The position numbers were made by a program, and so were the translations under genes. DNA of 64,000 nucleotides from Actinomycetota bacterium (lineage in GTDB: Bacteria; Actinomycetota; UBA4738; HRBIN12), in assembly GCA_035249905.1 (NCBI GenBank), contig DATFFT010000032.1:6778-70777 (forward strand), given 5' to 3'. The notes under the pieces were generated by a model that did no database searches, had not been told where the DNA came from, and saw nothing but the letters and a program-made list of their open reading frames with translations. Shown piece by piece: positions 29,890-39,498 of this stretch (the first letter of the stretch is position 1; every line of letters begins with the position of its first letter).

Positions 29890-31248
29890 GTGGACCGGCG
29901 CATCTTCGGGCTCGAGAACGAATACGGCGTCACCTGCACCTTCCGAGGGCAGCGGCGCCTCTCGCCCGACGAGGTCGCCCGCTACCTGTTCCGCCGGGTG
30001 GTGCACTGGGGGCGCTCGTCGAACGTGTTCCTCGAGAACGGAGCCCGGCTCTACCTCGACGTCGGATCTCACCCCGAATACGCCACCCCCGAATGCGACG
30101 CCGTGAAGGAGGTCGTCGCTCACGACAAGGCGGGGGAGCGGATCCTCGAGGCCCTGCTGGGAGCTGCGGAGATGCGGCTGCACGAGGAAGGCATCTCCGG
30201 GCAGGTCTACCTGTTCAAGAACAACACCGACTCGGCCGGCAACAGCTACGGCTGCCACGAGAACTACCTGGTCGGCCGCGACGGCGAGTTCGCGCGCATG
30301 GCCGACGTGCTGATCCCGTTCTTCGTGACGCGGCAGATCTGGTGCGGCGCCGGGAAGGTGCTCCACGGGCCTCGGGGGGCTCAGTTCTGTATCGCACAGC
30401 GCGCCGAGCACATCTGGGAAGGCGTCTCGAGCGCGACCACCCGTTCCCGCCCGATCATCAACACACGCGACGAGCCGCACGCCGATGCGGAGCGCTTCCG
30501 GCGCCTCCACGTCATCGTGGGCGACTCGAACATGAGCGAATGGACCACGTTCATGAAGGTCGGCATCACCGACCTCGTGCTGCGCATGGTCGAGGGCAAC
30601 ACGGTGATGCGCGACCTCTCCCTCGAGAACCCGATCAGGGCCATCCGCGAGATCAGCCACGACACGTCGTGCACACGCACGGTGAAGCTCGCGAACGGCC
30701 GTGAGCTCTCGGCGATCGAGATGCAGGTCGAGTACTTCGAGAAGACCGAGCGGTTCATCGAACGCCGCGGAGCCGATGAGGTCTCGAAGGTGCTGCTCCG
30801 CGAGTGGCGCGAGGCGCTCGACGCCCTGATCGACGGCGAGCCCGAACGGTTGGTGCGCAAGGTCGACTGGGTGACGAAGAAGGCGATGATCGAGCGCTAC
30901 ATGGCCAAGCACGACCTCTCGCTCGCCTCGCCTCGGATCGCACTGCTCGATCTCAGCTACCACGACGTGAACAGATCCCGCGGTCTCTACTACCTGCTCG
31001 AGAAGGCCGGCAAGGCCGAGCGCGTGGCCACCGACGCTCAGGTGAACCTGGCGATGCGTGAGCCCCCGCAGACGACGAGGGCGAAGCTGCGCGGCGACTT
31101 CATCAAGCAGGCGAAGGCGAAGCGCAGGGACTACACCGTCGACTGGGTGCACCTGAAGCTGAACGACCAGGCTCAGCGCACCGTGCTCTGCAAGGATCCG
31201 TTCCGCAGCGTCGACGAGCGCGTCGAGCAGTTGATCTCCCACATGTGA
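29890..31248 (+). CDS. pafA: Pup--protein ligase PafA
   Basis: 452 aa. [36 protein letters not shown]...[21 protein letters not shown] is near-identical in pattern to M. tuberculosis PafA. Confidence 0.92.
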   Translation: MDRRIFGLENEYGVTCTFRGQRRLSPDEVARYLFRRVVHWGRSSNVFLENGARLYLDVGSHPEYATPECDAVKEVVAHDKAGERILEALLGAAEMRLHEEGISGQVYLFKNNTDSAGNSYGCHENYLVGRDGEFARMADVLIPFFVTRQIWCGAGKVLHGPRGAQFCIAQRAEHIWEGVSSATTRSRPIINTRDEPHADAERFRRLHVIVGDSNMSEWTTFMKVGITDLVLRMVEGNTVMRDLSLENPIRAIREISHDTSCTRTVKLANGRELSAIEMQVEYFEKTERFIERRGADEVSKVLLREWREALDALIDGEPERLVRKVDWVTKKAMIERYMAKHDLSLASPRIALLDLSYHDVNRSRGLYYLLEKAGKAERVATDAQVNLAMREPPQTTRAKLRGDFIKQAKAKRRDYTVDWVHLKLNDQAQRTVLCKDPFRSVDERVEQLISHM

Positions 31249-31267
31249 CGACGGTCCACCGCGGCGA

Positions 31268-32086
31268 TCAGACGTAGCGTCGGATCAGTCCTTCGATGAA
31301 CGGGTTCAGCGTCTCGTGGGCATGGCCGTAGATCGATCCGTGCCCCATCGCATCGAAGAGGTGGTACTCAGCGTTCGCGGCTATCTCGGCGAGCTCGAGC
31401 CCGTCCTGGGGCGGCGCCTGCACGTCCTCGGTGAACGCCATCACGTGCATCGGCACGTGGCAGGTCGGAAGCGCGTCGCGTTGATCGAACCGCAGGGATG
31501 CGTCCCATTGCGGGATCAGCGATGTCTCGTTCTCGCCGGACTCCATCCAGGTGAGCAACCGGTCGCGCAGCATCGGCCACGCCACGCGATCGCCGAGCAC
31601 GCGAGCGGGATACAGCATCGCCGCGTAGTGGGTGGCGCCCATCAGCCCCTCGAGCCGGCCCCCAGCCTTGCGGAAATCGATCTCCGCCTCCTGGAAATCC
31701 CACCCCCAACCGGTGCACCACGCGCCGGTGCCCATCACCACCGCGCACCGGACGAGCTCCGGGAAGTCGATGCAGATCTGCTGGGCGATCGCCGAGCCGA
31801 ACGACAGCCCCACCAAGGCGACCGGGGGCTCGCACACCTCCGCGATCAGCTCGGCGGCGTCACGGGCGAAGTCCTCGATCGGCCACGGCATCGGCCGATC
31901 GCACGACGTGCCGCCGATGCCGCGGTTGTCGAACGTGGTATTGCGGAACGACCGCTCGAAGTGCGGCATCTGGAAGGGATGCCAGTCGCTGCCGGGGCTC
32001 CCTCCACCGGCCACCCAGACGATGTCCGGACCCTCCCCGAAGCGGTCGTAGTGCATCGTCGCTTGCGATCCCCGGAACGTCGTCAC
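31268..32086 (-). CDS. alpha/beta-fold hydrolase
   Basis: 272 aa. Nucleophile elbow GLSFG, HG-type oxyanion region, C-terminal His. On the opposite strand, inserted between pafA and pafB. Confidence 0.7.
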   Translation of the reverse strand: MTTFRGSQATMHYDRFGEGPDIVWVAGGGSPGSDWHPFQMPHFERSFRNTTFDNRGIGGTSCDRPMPWPIEDFARDAAELIAEVCEPPVALVGLSFGSAIAQQICIDFPELVRCAVVMGTGAWCTGWGWDFQEAEIDFRKAGGRLEGLMGATHYAAMLYPARVLGDRVAWPMLRDRLLTWMESGENETSLIPQWDASLRFDQRDALPTCHVPMHVMAFTEDVQAPPQDGLELAEIAANAEYHLFDAMGHGSIYGHAHETLNPFIEGLIRRYV

Positions 32087-32369
32087 CAGCCGCTCGTCTC
32101 CTTCAGATCCCGTCCAGCAGCGTCAGGACCGTCGCGGCTCCCAGACCGAGGCCCGCGGCACCCAGCCCCCGGAGCGCAGGTGCCGCTCCATCACGCGCAG
32201 CCGCACGGCGCCGTAGGTCAAGAGGAACACCCCGAGGGAGCCTGTAGCCGACCCCGAGCCAGCGGTAGACGGCTCGATCCTCGTCGAGGAACGTGCGGCG
32301 AGACGCGTCCTTCCGTCCGTCGACCCATCGCTCACCGGCGCATCGTGGCACACCCGAGATGCCGGCGCG

Positions 32370-33014
32370 TCAGCGCCAGCGTCGGTTCCCGGCGGCGATC
32401 CGGCCGGCGAGGACGCCGGTGGCCGAGGCAGCCAGCCCGTTCAGGCCGACGTCCGGCTCGCTCCGCGGGACGAGTCCCGGCCTCGGATCGACCTCGACGA
32501 CGTGATGCCTCGAGAACAGCCCGAGGTCTCGAGCCACCATGCGTGTTTCCTCACGCCGGCGGCCTTCGACCGAGGGGATCGCGATGTCGAGATCGATCCA
32601 GCAGGTGGCGAGCATCGTTCGAACCGTGCGTGGACGTTCGAACGGCAACACCGGGAGCGGCCTGCCCATGAGGGCTCGAGCGGTGACGAGGGCGTCGCCG
32701 GCTCCCTCCGGTGCCACGCGCACCAGGAGCACGTCGGCCGTCCGGGCGGCGTCGAGCACGGCGGCGCCCAGACCGCCCGGCGAGGCGTCGACGGTTCCCA
32801 CGACGGCGTCTCCGGAGCGGGCCGCGCCCGCTTCCACGAGCGGCGCGACCTCCTGCGAGATGAACACCACCACGGGCGAGCCGCGGAGGCCACCGGGCTC
32901 GACCTGCCCGATGGAACGGCCCAGAGGCACCCGGACCTCCCGAGCTTCGACCCCGACCACCACCTCGGCGACCGCCTCGAAGGAGCCGTCGGCTCGAGCC
33001 TCGACGCGGATCAT
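32370..33014 (-). CDS. hypothetical protein (214 aa), family not recognised
   Basis: About 90% G/C at third codon positions, which argues it is coding. No family assignable by eye. Confidence 0.45.
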   Translation of the reverse strand: MIRVEARADGSFEAVAEVVVGVEAREVRVPLGRSIGQVEPGGLRGSPVVVFISQEVAPLVEAGAARSGDAVVGTVDASPGGLGAAVLDAARTADVLLVRVAPEGAGDALVTARALMGRPLPVLPFERPRTVRTMLATCWIDLDIAIPSVEGRRREETRMVARDLGLFSRHHVVEVDPRPGLVPRSEPDVGLNGLAASATGVLAGRIAAGNRRWR

Positions 33015-33077
33015 GCAGCTCCCCGGCCGGTCGACATGGCGAGGCTATGATGCCCGACGATGACGGGCGACGAACGC

Positions 33078-34022
33078 ATGGAGCCGCTCGAGAGGCTGCT
33101 GAACCTCGTGGGTCTCCTGCTCGAGACGTCGACACCGCTCACGTTCGAACAGATCCGCGACACGCTCGATGCCTACCGGGCCGACAACGTCGACAGCGCG
33201 AAGCGCATGTTCGAACGCGACAAGGACCAGCTGCGCGAGTTCGGGATCCCACTGCGGCTCGTCGATACCGACGTCTGGGGCACGGAGCAGGGCTACATCA
33301 TCCCGAAGGATGAGTACTACCTGCCCGAGATCGCCTTCACACCCGAGGAGCTGGGAGCGCTGCTGGTGGCGGCGCAGAGCGGCGGCCAGGACACACGGGC
33401 CGAGCAAGCCGCCCGCAAGCTCCTGTACGGAGCCGACGGGGGCGTGCTGGCGGGCCTCGCCGGAGGGCCCCTGGCGTCGGGATCCGACGCTCGGAGCGCA
33501 CTGGTCCTCGACTGCGCCGACGCTGCGCAACGACGACGTCGGATCCGGTTCGGCTATCGCACGTCGCAGGGCGAGCACGGCAGCCGCACGGTCGATGCGT
33601 TCGCGATGGTCTTCCGGGGGGGTCACTGGTACCTGGTCGGACACGACGGCGACCGCGACGACGTGCGGGCCTTCCGGCTGTCCCGATTCACCGGTGACGT
33701 CGAAGATCTCGGCGAAGGCCGCCGACCGCCCGATGCGTTCCGAGCCGCCGACCACGTGCAGGCCGGAGCATGGACCGCCGCGGCCGAGGACCACGCCGAG
33801 GTCGCGTTCTCAGCCGAGGTGGCATGGTGGGCCGTGGGGTCGTTCGCCGGCGCTCGGGAGGAACGCGTCGAGGACGACGGCTGGGTCGTGGTCGACATCC
33901 CGATGGCCGATCCCGGGCTGCTGGCCTCGCTCCTGTTGCAGTTCGGTCCGGATGCCGTCGTTCTGGCGCCCGAGGTGCTGCGTGACGAGGTCGTCGGCCG
34001 CCTGGAGTCGGTCGGTGGCTGA
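33078..34022 (+). CDS. pafB: proteasome accessory factor PafB (HTH + WYL-domain regulator)
   Basis: MEPLERLLNLVGLLL aligns with the M. tuberculosis PafB start. WYL region GHWYLVGHD. ATG 33060 is an alternative start. Confidence 0.85.
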   Translation: MEPLERLLNLVGLLLETSTPLTFEQIRDTLDAYRADNVDSAKRMFERDKDQLREFGIPLRLVDTDVWGTEQGYIIPKDEYYLPEIAFTPEELGALLVAAQSGGQDTRAEQAARKLLYGADGGVLAGLAGGPLASGSDARSALVLDCADAAQRRRRIRFGYRTSQGEHGSRTVDAFAMVFRGGHWYLVGHDGDRDDVRAFRLSRFTGDVEDLGEGRRPPDAFRAADHVQAGAWTAAAEDHAEVAFSAEVAWWAVGSFAGAREERVEDDGWVVVDIPMADPGLLASLLLQFGPDAVVLAPEVLRDEVVGRLESVGG

Positions 34023-34986
34023 GACCCGGCGAGCCAACCCCCCGAGGACCGCGGACCGGCTCGGCCGGATGCTCGTCATCGTGCCGTACGTGGTTCGGCA
34101 CCCCGGCTGCTCGCTCGGCGAGGTGGCCTCGCTGTTCTCGGTGAAGCCCGAACAGTTGCGGCGTGACCTCGACCTCCTGTTCCTGTCGGGCCTGCCGCCC
34201 TACGGACCCGGCGATCTGATCGACGTCGAGGTCGACGAGGACGATCGCATCTGGATCACGATGGCCGACCACTTCTCGCGGCCGCTGCGCCTCAGCCGTT
34301 CGGAAGCGCTCGCCCTCACGCTGCGTTCGGCCGAGCTGCTCGCGACGCCCGGGCTCCCGGAGGCGCCGGCGTTGTCAGGCGCGCTCCGGAAGCTCCGAGA
34401 GGCGCTCGGCCCCGAAACGGCCGGCAGTGACGACGCGATCGAGACCGCGGAAGCGGGCAGGCCCCCCGAGCATCTGGAGCGCCTCCGGCGGGCGGCTCGG
34501 GAGCACGAGCGCATCACGATCGAGTATTTCGCGGGGTCGACCGGGTCCTGGACCACCCGTGACGTCGAACCGGAGGAGGTCTTCTCGGCGATGGGGAACT
34601 GGTACGTCGCGGCCTGGGACGCGGGGGCGGGCGACGAGCGCCTCTTCCGGGCCGACCGCATCCGGTCGGTCGCGGGCACCGGAGCGCGCTTCGAGCCGCG
34701 AGGGCTGGAGGGTGCGGGTCGAGCCCTGTTCAGGGCCACCGGAGACGAGGTCCGTGTCAGGCTGCGCCTGCGGCCGGGCGCCAGGTGGATCGCGGAGTAC
34801 TACATCACCGAGCACCCCGTCGAGCACGACGATGGATCCCTCGAGGTCACGCTTCCAACGGCACGGCTGGGATGGGTTGCGGCGCTGCTTCTTCGAGTCG
34901 GCAACGACGCAGAGGTCATCGCCCCGGCGGAGGCGGCCGACGCCGTCTCCGACCTCGCCCGCCGGACGCTCGGGCACTACCGCTGA
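34015..34986 (+). CDS. pafC: proteasome accessory factor PafC (HTH + WYL)
   Basis: GTG 34015 overlaps the pafB stop. RLGRMLVIVPYVVRHP aligns with the M. tuberculosis PafC N-terminus. WYL-like GNWYVAAWD. ATG 34069 is an alternative start. Confidence 0.82.
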   Translation: MAETRRANPPRTADRLGRMLVIVPYVVRHPGCSLGEVASLFSVKPEQLRRDLDLLFLSGLPPYGPGDLIDVEVDEDDRIWITMADHFSRPLRLSRSEALALTLRSAELLATPGLPEAPALSGALRKLREALGPETAGSDDAIETAEAGRPPEHLERLRRAAREHERITIEYFAGSTGSWTTRDVEPEEVFSAMGNWYVAAWDAGAGDERLFRADRIRSVAGTGARFEPRGLEGAGRALFRATGDEVRVRLRLRPGARWIAEYYITEHPVEHDDGSLEVTLPTARLGWVAALLLRVGNDAEVIAPAEAADAVSDLARRTLGHYR

Positions 34987-35122
34987 ACCGCCTCCCGGCC
35001 TGGTCCGAACGGCTCTCCGATCGAGCCCGGGGAAGGAGGAAACGCGTGGGTCGACCGGGGTAGCCCCGATCCGGCGCGAGGGCCTCAAGGCGTGCTCGCC
35101 CAGGGCCGATAGCACCCTTGAG

Positions 35123-35485
35123 ATGACAACCATCCGGACAACGTGCCCCAGGTGTGGTGAGGTCGACATGGGCCCCGAGGCGATCATGCTTTCGGTGCGT
35201 CAGAGCGGCCGTGAAGGCAGCTACCGCTTCACCTGCCCCAACTGTGCCGACGACGTGGAGAAGCGCGCCGATCGCAAGATCGTGGCGTTGCTGGTCTCGG
35301 CGGGTGTGGACATCGAACGATCCGAGAGCGACCAGATGCTCTTCGACGACGAGGATGCCGAACCTCGCGGCGTGATGCCGCAGGGCCCGGTCTTCTCGAT
35401 CGACGACGTGATCGAGTTCCACTACCTGCTCGAGGACGACCGCTACATCGAGGAGTTCCTGGCCTCGAGCGGCGGCGCTTCCTGA
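35123..35485 (+). CDS. zinc-ribbon protein of unknown function
   Basis: 120 aa. CPRCG...CPNC pair at the N-terminus, acidic C-terminal half. In frame with ORF 34427..35485. Confidence 0.5.
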   Translation: MTTIRTTCPRCGEVDMGPEAIMLSVRQSGREGSYRFTCPNCADDVEKRADRKIVALLVSAGVDIERSESDQMLFDDEDAEPRGVMPQGPVFSIDDVIEFHYLLEDDRYIEEFLASSGGAS

Positions 35486-35546
35486 CCGCCCGACCCACGA
35501 CCGATCGAGCTCCGAGGGGCGATCTGCCTTCGTGTAGCATCGCCGC

Positions 35547-35756
35547 GTGGACACGTGGCTCGTCGTGTGGTTCGTCATCGGTATCGTCACCACGATCGCC
35601 GTTCTGGCGTTCCTGATCGCCTTGATCCGGCACCTCCTCGTGTTGGGGCGAACCGCGAGGCAGATGCAAGAGGAGCTGTCACCCGTCGTCCGGGAGATCT
35701 CGGCGCAAGGCACGAGAGCGAGCGACCGGGCCGCTCGGCTTGGCCCTCGACGGTAG
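35547..35756 (+). CDS. small single-TM membrane protein (hypothetical)
   Basis: 69 aa. One TM helix then a charged tail. GC3-rich. Confidence 0.35.
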   Translation: MDTWLVVWFVIGIVTTIAVLAFLIALIRHLLVLGRTARQMQEELSPVVREISAQGTRASDRAARLGPRR

Positions 35757-35787
35757 GATTGGGCGGGGCACCGCCCCTCCCTGACAG

Positions 35788-36207
35788 ATGCTCAACATCG
35801 GACCGCCGGAGCTCATCCTCATCTTCGTCATCGCCCTCGTGATCGTGGGCCCGCAACGGCTGCCCGAGCTCGCCCGAACGGTCGGGAAGGGGCTGCGTGA
35901 GTTCCGGAGGATGCAGGACGAGGTCAAGGACCTCGTGAACACGGGTATGGGCGACGAGTTCAAGGACACCGCGGCCGAGCTGAAGCGGACGGCTTCCGAC
36001 CTGAAGAGCGCGACCGACGTGCGCTCGGCGTTCCGGGAGGATTCCGTTCGCACCAGGCCGCACCGCTCGAGGGGCGATGCGGCCGCCGTGGATCCGTCCC
36101 CGGCCACACCGGAACCGAACCCGGAGGTGTCGGCACCCGAGCCCGATGTCGACCGGACCCCTCCGGCCCCGGCCGCCGAATCGGACGACGTGGGAACCGA
36201 CGAGTGA
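35788..36207 (+). CDS. tatA: twin-arginine translocase TatA/E-family protein
   Basis: GPPELILIFVIALVIVGPQRLPELAR followed by an amphipathic helix and acidic tail. Confidence 0.9.
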   Translation: MLNIGPPELILIFVIALVIVGPQRLPELARTVGKGLREFRRMQDEVKDLVNTGMGDEFKDTAAELKRTASDLKSATDVRSAFREDSVRTRPHRSRGDAAAVDPSPATPEPNPEVSAPEPDVDRTPPAPAAESDDVGTDE

Positions 36208-36217
36208 GGCTCGCGCT

Positions 36218-37009
36218 GTGCGGGTGATCCCGAGGTCCCTTCGTCGCTCGGAGGCCGAACGCACCGGCACGATGTCGGTGATGGAGCACCTCGAGGAGCT
36301 CCGCCGACGGATCGTGATCGCCGGCATCGCGATCCTCGCCGGCGCGATCGTGGGGTGGTTCCTCTACCCGGCCGTGATCGACCTGCTGCGCGACCCCTAC
36401 TGCCAGTACCTGCGGGAGAACCCGGAGGTGCGACCGCCGGCCGGCTGCCGGCTCACGATCGTCAGTCCCGTCGACGCGTTCCTGACGAAGCTGAAGATGG
36501 TCGGGTTCCTCGGCCTGATCGTGGCCCTCCCGGTCGTGCTCTATCAACTCTGGGCGTTCATCGTGCCCGGCCTCACGAGTCGGGAGAAGAAGTGGTCGAT
36601 CCCGTTCATCGTGACCTCGACGTTGCTGTTCATCCTGGGAGCGGCGTTCTCGCTCTGGACCCTCCCGAAGGCGCTCGACTTCCTGTTGGGGTTCGCCGGA
36701 TCAGCGGTCGTGCCACTGATCACGTTCGACCGGTACCTGGGCTTCGTGACGCTCGTGACGTTGGCGTTCGGTTTGTCGTTCCTGTTCCCCGTGATCCTCG
36801 TGTTCCTCGAGGCGGTCGGGGTCCTGTCGTGGCAGCGCCTGGCGTCGTGGCGCCGTTGGGCGATCCTCGGCATCGCGATCTTCGCGGCGGTGATCACGCC
36901 GAGCGGCGACCCGTACACGATGCTCGCGATGATGATCCCGATGTACGTGTTCTACGAGGCCTCTATCATCATCGGCCGGTTCATGAAGCGCGGCCGAGCG
37001 ACGGGATAA
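36218..37009 (+). CDS. tatC: twin-arginine translocase subunit TatC
   Basis: GTG 36218 is in frame. MEHLEELRRRI, six TM helices, YxxAS-like C-terminus. ATG ~36272 is an alternative start. Confidence 0.88.
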   Translation: MRVIPRSLRRSEAERTGTMSVMEHLEELRRRIVIAGIAILAGAIVGWFLYPAVIDLLRDPYCQYLRENPEVRPPAGCRLTIVSPVDAFLTKLKMVGFLGLIVALPVVLYQLWAFIVPGLTSREKKWSIPFIVTSTLLFILGAAFSLWTLPKALDFLLGFAGSAVVPLITFDRYLGFVTLVTLAFGLSFLFPVILVFLEAVGVLSWQRLASWRRWAILGIAIFAAVITPSGDPYTMLAMMIPMYVFYEASIIIGRFMKRGRATG

Positions 37010-37018
37010 GGGCGGACG

Positions 37019-37762
37019 ATGGCGATCAAGGGCAAGAAGCGATCGAAGCAACGCTCGGCGCCACGTGCGCCGAGGCGCGAGCCGGTCGCCCTGCCGACGC
37101 CGTTCCTGCGTCGTCGGTGGGTACAGCTCACGGCCGGGTTCCTCCTCGGGATCCTCGCGATGGTCGTGTTCGTCTGGGTGACGAACAGCCTCCGGGCGAA
37201 CGATGCCGAGGAGGCCGACGCCGACGATGCCGCCACGCGCCTGGCCGCGGCCACGGCGTACCAGCAGGCGGTCCGGGGCGCGTTCAGCCAGGTCGGCGTC
37301 GTCGATCCCGGTGTCACCCCCACGGTGTTCACGGAGCTCGACGCGGCGCTCGACGCCCTCGCCCAGGGAGACCCACCGGCCGATGCGGAGGCGACGTTCG
37401 AGCAGGCGGCCCGCGATGCGCGGAGCGCGCGCAGGGATCTCGCGAGGTTCGATGTGGCCGGCGCGATCGCGGATCAGGGATTCGACGTGGTGGCCGCGAC
37501 CGCGTTCACGAGCTCCGGGACGACGCTCGTGGAGGCGCTGGATCGCTACCGTCAGGCAGCCGAGGTCGCATCGTCGGCGGTCACGATCGGCGGCGAGCAA
37601 GGGCGTCGCCTCGCTGCGGTGGCCACCGATCTTCGCGATGCGGCGCGTGCCGAGCTCGCCGCCGGGTGGACCGAATACCTGCAGGCCCTGCGCGCGGGCG
37701 GGGTCCCAGAGGCGCCGACGACCGGCGGCATCGTCCCCGAGCTCCCCGGCGGCGGGGGGTAG
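37019..37762 (+). CDS. membrane-anchored hypothetical protein (basic N-terminus, one TM, Ala-rich ectodomain)
   Basis: 247 aa. KKRSKQRSAPRAPRR then TM LTAGFLLGILAMVVFVWV. Strong GC3. Confidence 0.5.
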   Translation: MAIKGKKRSKQRSAPRAPRREPVALPTPFLRRRWVQLTAGFLLGILAMVVFVWVTNSLRANDAEEADADDAATRLAAATAYQQAVRGAFSQVGVVDPGVTPTVFTELDAALDALAQGDPPADAEATFEQAARDARSARRDLARFDVAGAIADQGFDVVAATAFTSSGTTLVEALDRYRQAAEVASSAVTIGGEQGRRLAAVATDLRDAARAELAAGWTEYLQALRAGGVPEAPTTGGIVPELPGGGG

Positions 37763-37777
37763 GGCCGGCCTCTCGCG

Positions 37778-38692
37778 ATGGGTGCACCGGCCCCAGTCGT
37801 CGTCGTGGCGAACCCGACCGCGGGTCGAGGCAAGGCGGGCCGCCGCATCGGCACCGTCGTCTCCACGCTCCGGTCCCTCCGTGTCGACCACGAGATCCGT
37901 GTCGCGGGCTCCCCGCAGGAGATGGAGGAGACCTGCCGTTCCCTCGGTGAAGGAGGCGCCGAGATCGTCGCGGCGCTGGGCGGCGACGGCACGGCCTCCT
38001 GCGCAGCCAACGGACTGCTCGGCACCGGCGCGGCGCTCGCCGTGGTGCCGGCGGGCACCGGTGATGACTTCGCGCACGCCATCGGAGCGGGGTCGTTCCG
38101 GGAATCGATCGGGCTGCTCGCCAACCCCAAGACCACTCCGATCGACGTCGTCCGCGTCCATGTCGAGGGTCTGACGCGGTGCTTCGTCAACATCGCGGGC
38201 GCGGGCTTCGACTCGGAGGTGAACGAAACAGCGAACTCGATGACCGCGAACCTCGGCGGGACGGGCACGTATGTCGCCGCCCTGCTGAAGACCTTGTCGA
38301 GGTTCTCACCGGCCCGCTACGACCTCACGATCGACGGCGCGCCTGCCACGGTCGACGCGATGCTGGTCGTGGTGGGGAACGGCCCGTCGTACGGAGGCGG
38401 CATGCGGGTGCTCCCGCAGGCGTCGCTCGTGGACGGCTCGCTCGACATCTGCATCGTCGAGGCCCTGTCGAAGGGTGCGTTCCTGCGGGCGTTCCCGAGG
38501 GTGTACTCCGGTCGCCACGCGACGCATCCGAAGGTGCGGATGATGCGCGCCCGCGCCGTGACGGTGGAGGCGAACCGTGGGCTGCACGTGTACGCCGACG
38601 GCGAGCGGGTCGGCCCGCTGCCCGCGCGGTTCGAGGTGATGCCGGCCGCCCTGCCCGTCGTGGCGGGGCCCGATGCGAAGGGGATCCGATGA
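37778..38692 (+). CDS. diacylglycerol-kinase catalytic-domain (DAGK_cat/YegS-like) lipid kinase
   Basis: VVVANPTAGRGKAGRR...GGDGT nucleotide-binding motif. Confidence 0.8.
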   Translation: MGAPAPVVVVANPTAGRGKAGRRIGTVVSTLRSLRVDHEIRVAGSPQEMEETCRSLGEGGAEIVAALGGDGTASCAANGLLGTGAALAVVPAGTGDDFAHAIGAGSFRESIGLLANPKTTPIDVVRVHVEGLTRCFVNIAGAGFDSEVNETANSMTANLGGTGTYVAALLKTLSRFSPARYDLTIDGAPATVDAMLVVVGNGPSYGGGMRVLPQASLVDGSLDICIVEALSKGAFLRAFPRVYSGRHATHPKVRMMRARAVTVEANRGLHVYADGERVGPLPARFEVMPAALPVVAGPDAKGIR

Positions 38693-39438
38693 ACGTCACC
38701 GCCGATGGGGTGCTGCTGATCCACGCCTTCCCGCTCGACGCCTCGATGTGGGACGAGCAGGTCGAGTGGCTGCGCCGCGAGGGGTGGCGAGTCGCCGCGC
38801 CCTCGCTCCCCGGGTTCGGCGGCTCGCCGGGGGTCGGCCCGGTGATGTCGATGGGCGCCGCCGCCGACCGATGCCTGCAGGCACTCGACGCTGAAGGGAT
38901 CGAGCGCGCGGCGGTGTGCGGTCTCTCGATCGGCGGATACGTGGCGTTCGAGCTCTGGCGTCTGGCGAGGCAGCGGATCGCCGGCCTGGTGCTCGCGAAC
39001 ACCAGGTCCGAGGCCGACACGACCGAAGCCGCCGAGGGGCGCCGGGCGCTGGCGACCCGGCTCGACGAGGAGGGGACCGGCTTCCTCGTCGAGGACCCGC
39101 CGCCGTTGCTCGCGGCGCAGGCGGGTCGGGGGCGGTGGCCGTTCGTTCGGGCGACGATCGCCGCCCAAACGGCGGAGGCGATCGCGGCGGCGGCCCGTGG
39201 CATGGCGGAGCGGCCGGACTCCACGCCGGATCTCGGCACGATCGACGTTCCGGTGCTGGTGCTGACCTCCGATGGGGATACGTTGATCCCCGCGGAGGTG
39301 AGCCTGGGCATGACGCGTCACATCCGAGGCGCAGGGTCGATCACGGTGACGGGAGCGGGCCACCTGTCCAACCTCGAGGCACCCGATGCGTTCCGTGACG
39401 CCCTGGAAGGGTTCCTCGCGGGATCCGAACGGGCCTGA
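38689..39438 (+). CDS. alpha/beta-fold hydrolase
   Basis: ATG 38689 overlaps the upstream stop. GLSIGG nucleophile elbow, C-terminal GAGH. Confidence 0.75.
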   Translation: MNVTADGVLLIHAFPLDASMWDEQVEWLRREGWRVAAPSLPGFGGSPGVGPVMSMGAAADRCLQALDAEGIERAAVCGLSIGGYVAFELWRLARQRIAGLVLANTRSEADTTEAAEGRRALATRLDEEGTGFLVEDPPPLLAAQAGRGRWPFVRATIAAQTAEAIAAAARGMAERPDSTPDLGTIDVPVLVLTSDGDTLIPAEVSLGMTRHIRGAGSITVTGAGHLSNLEAPDAFRDALEGFLAGSERA

Positions 39439-39498
39439 GCCGCCTCGGGTCCGGCTGAGCGCGGCCTGAGCTCGCGGACCCACTCGTAGACTGGATCC

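Noticed and set aside
29563-31242. 559-aa minus-strand ORF
   Set aside because: Antisense to pafA. GC artefact.
32103-32353. Two overlapping ~80-aa minus-strand ORFs between the hypothetical 214-aa gene and the alpha/beta hydrolase
   Set aside because: Mutually overlapping frames, no motifs, likely intergenic or leader sequence. Not enough evidence to call a gene.
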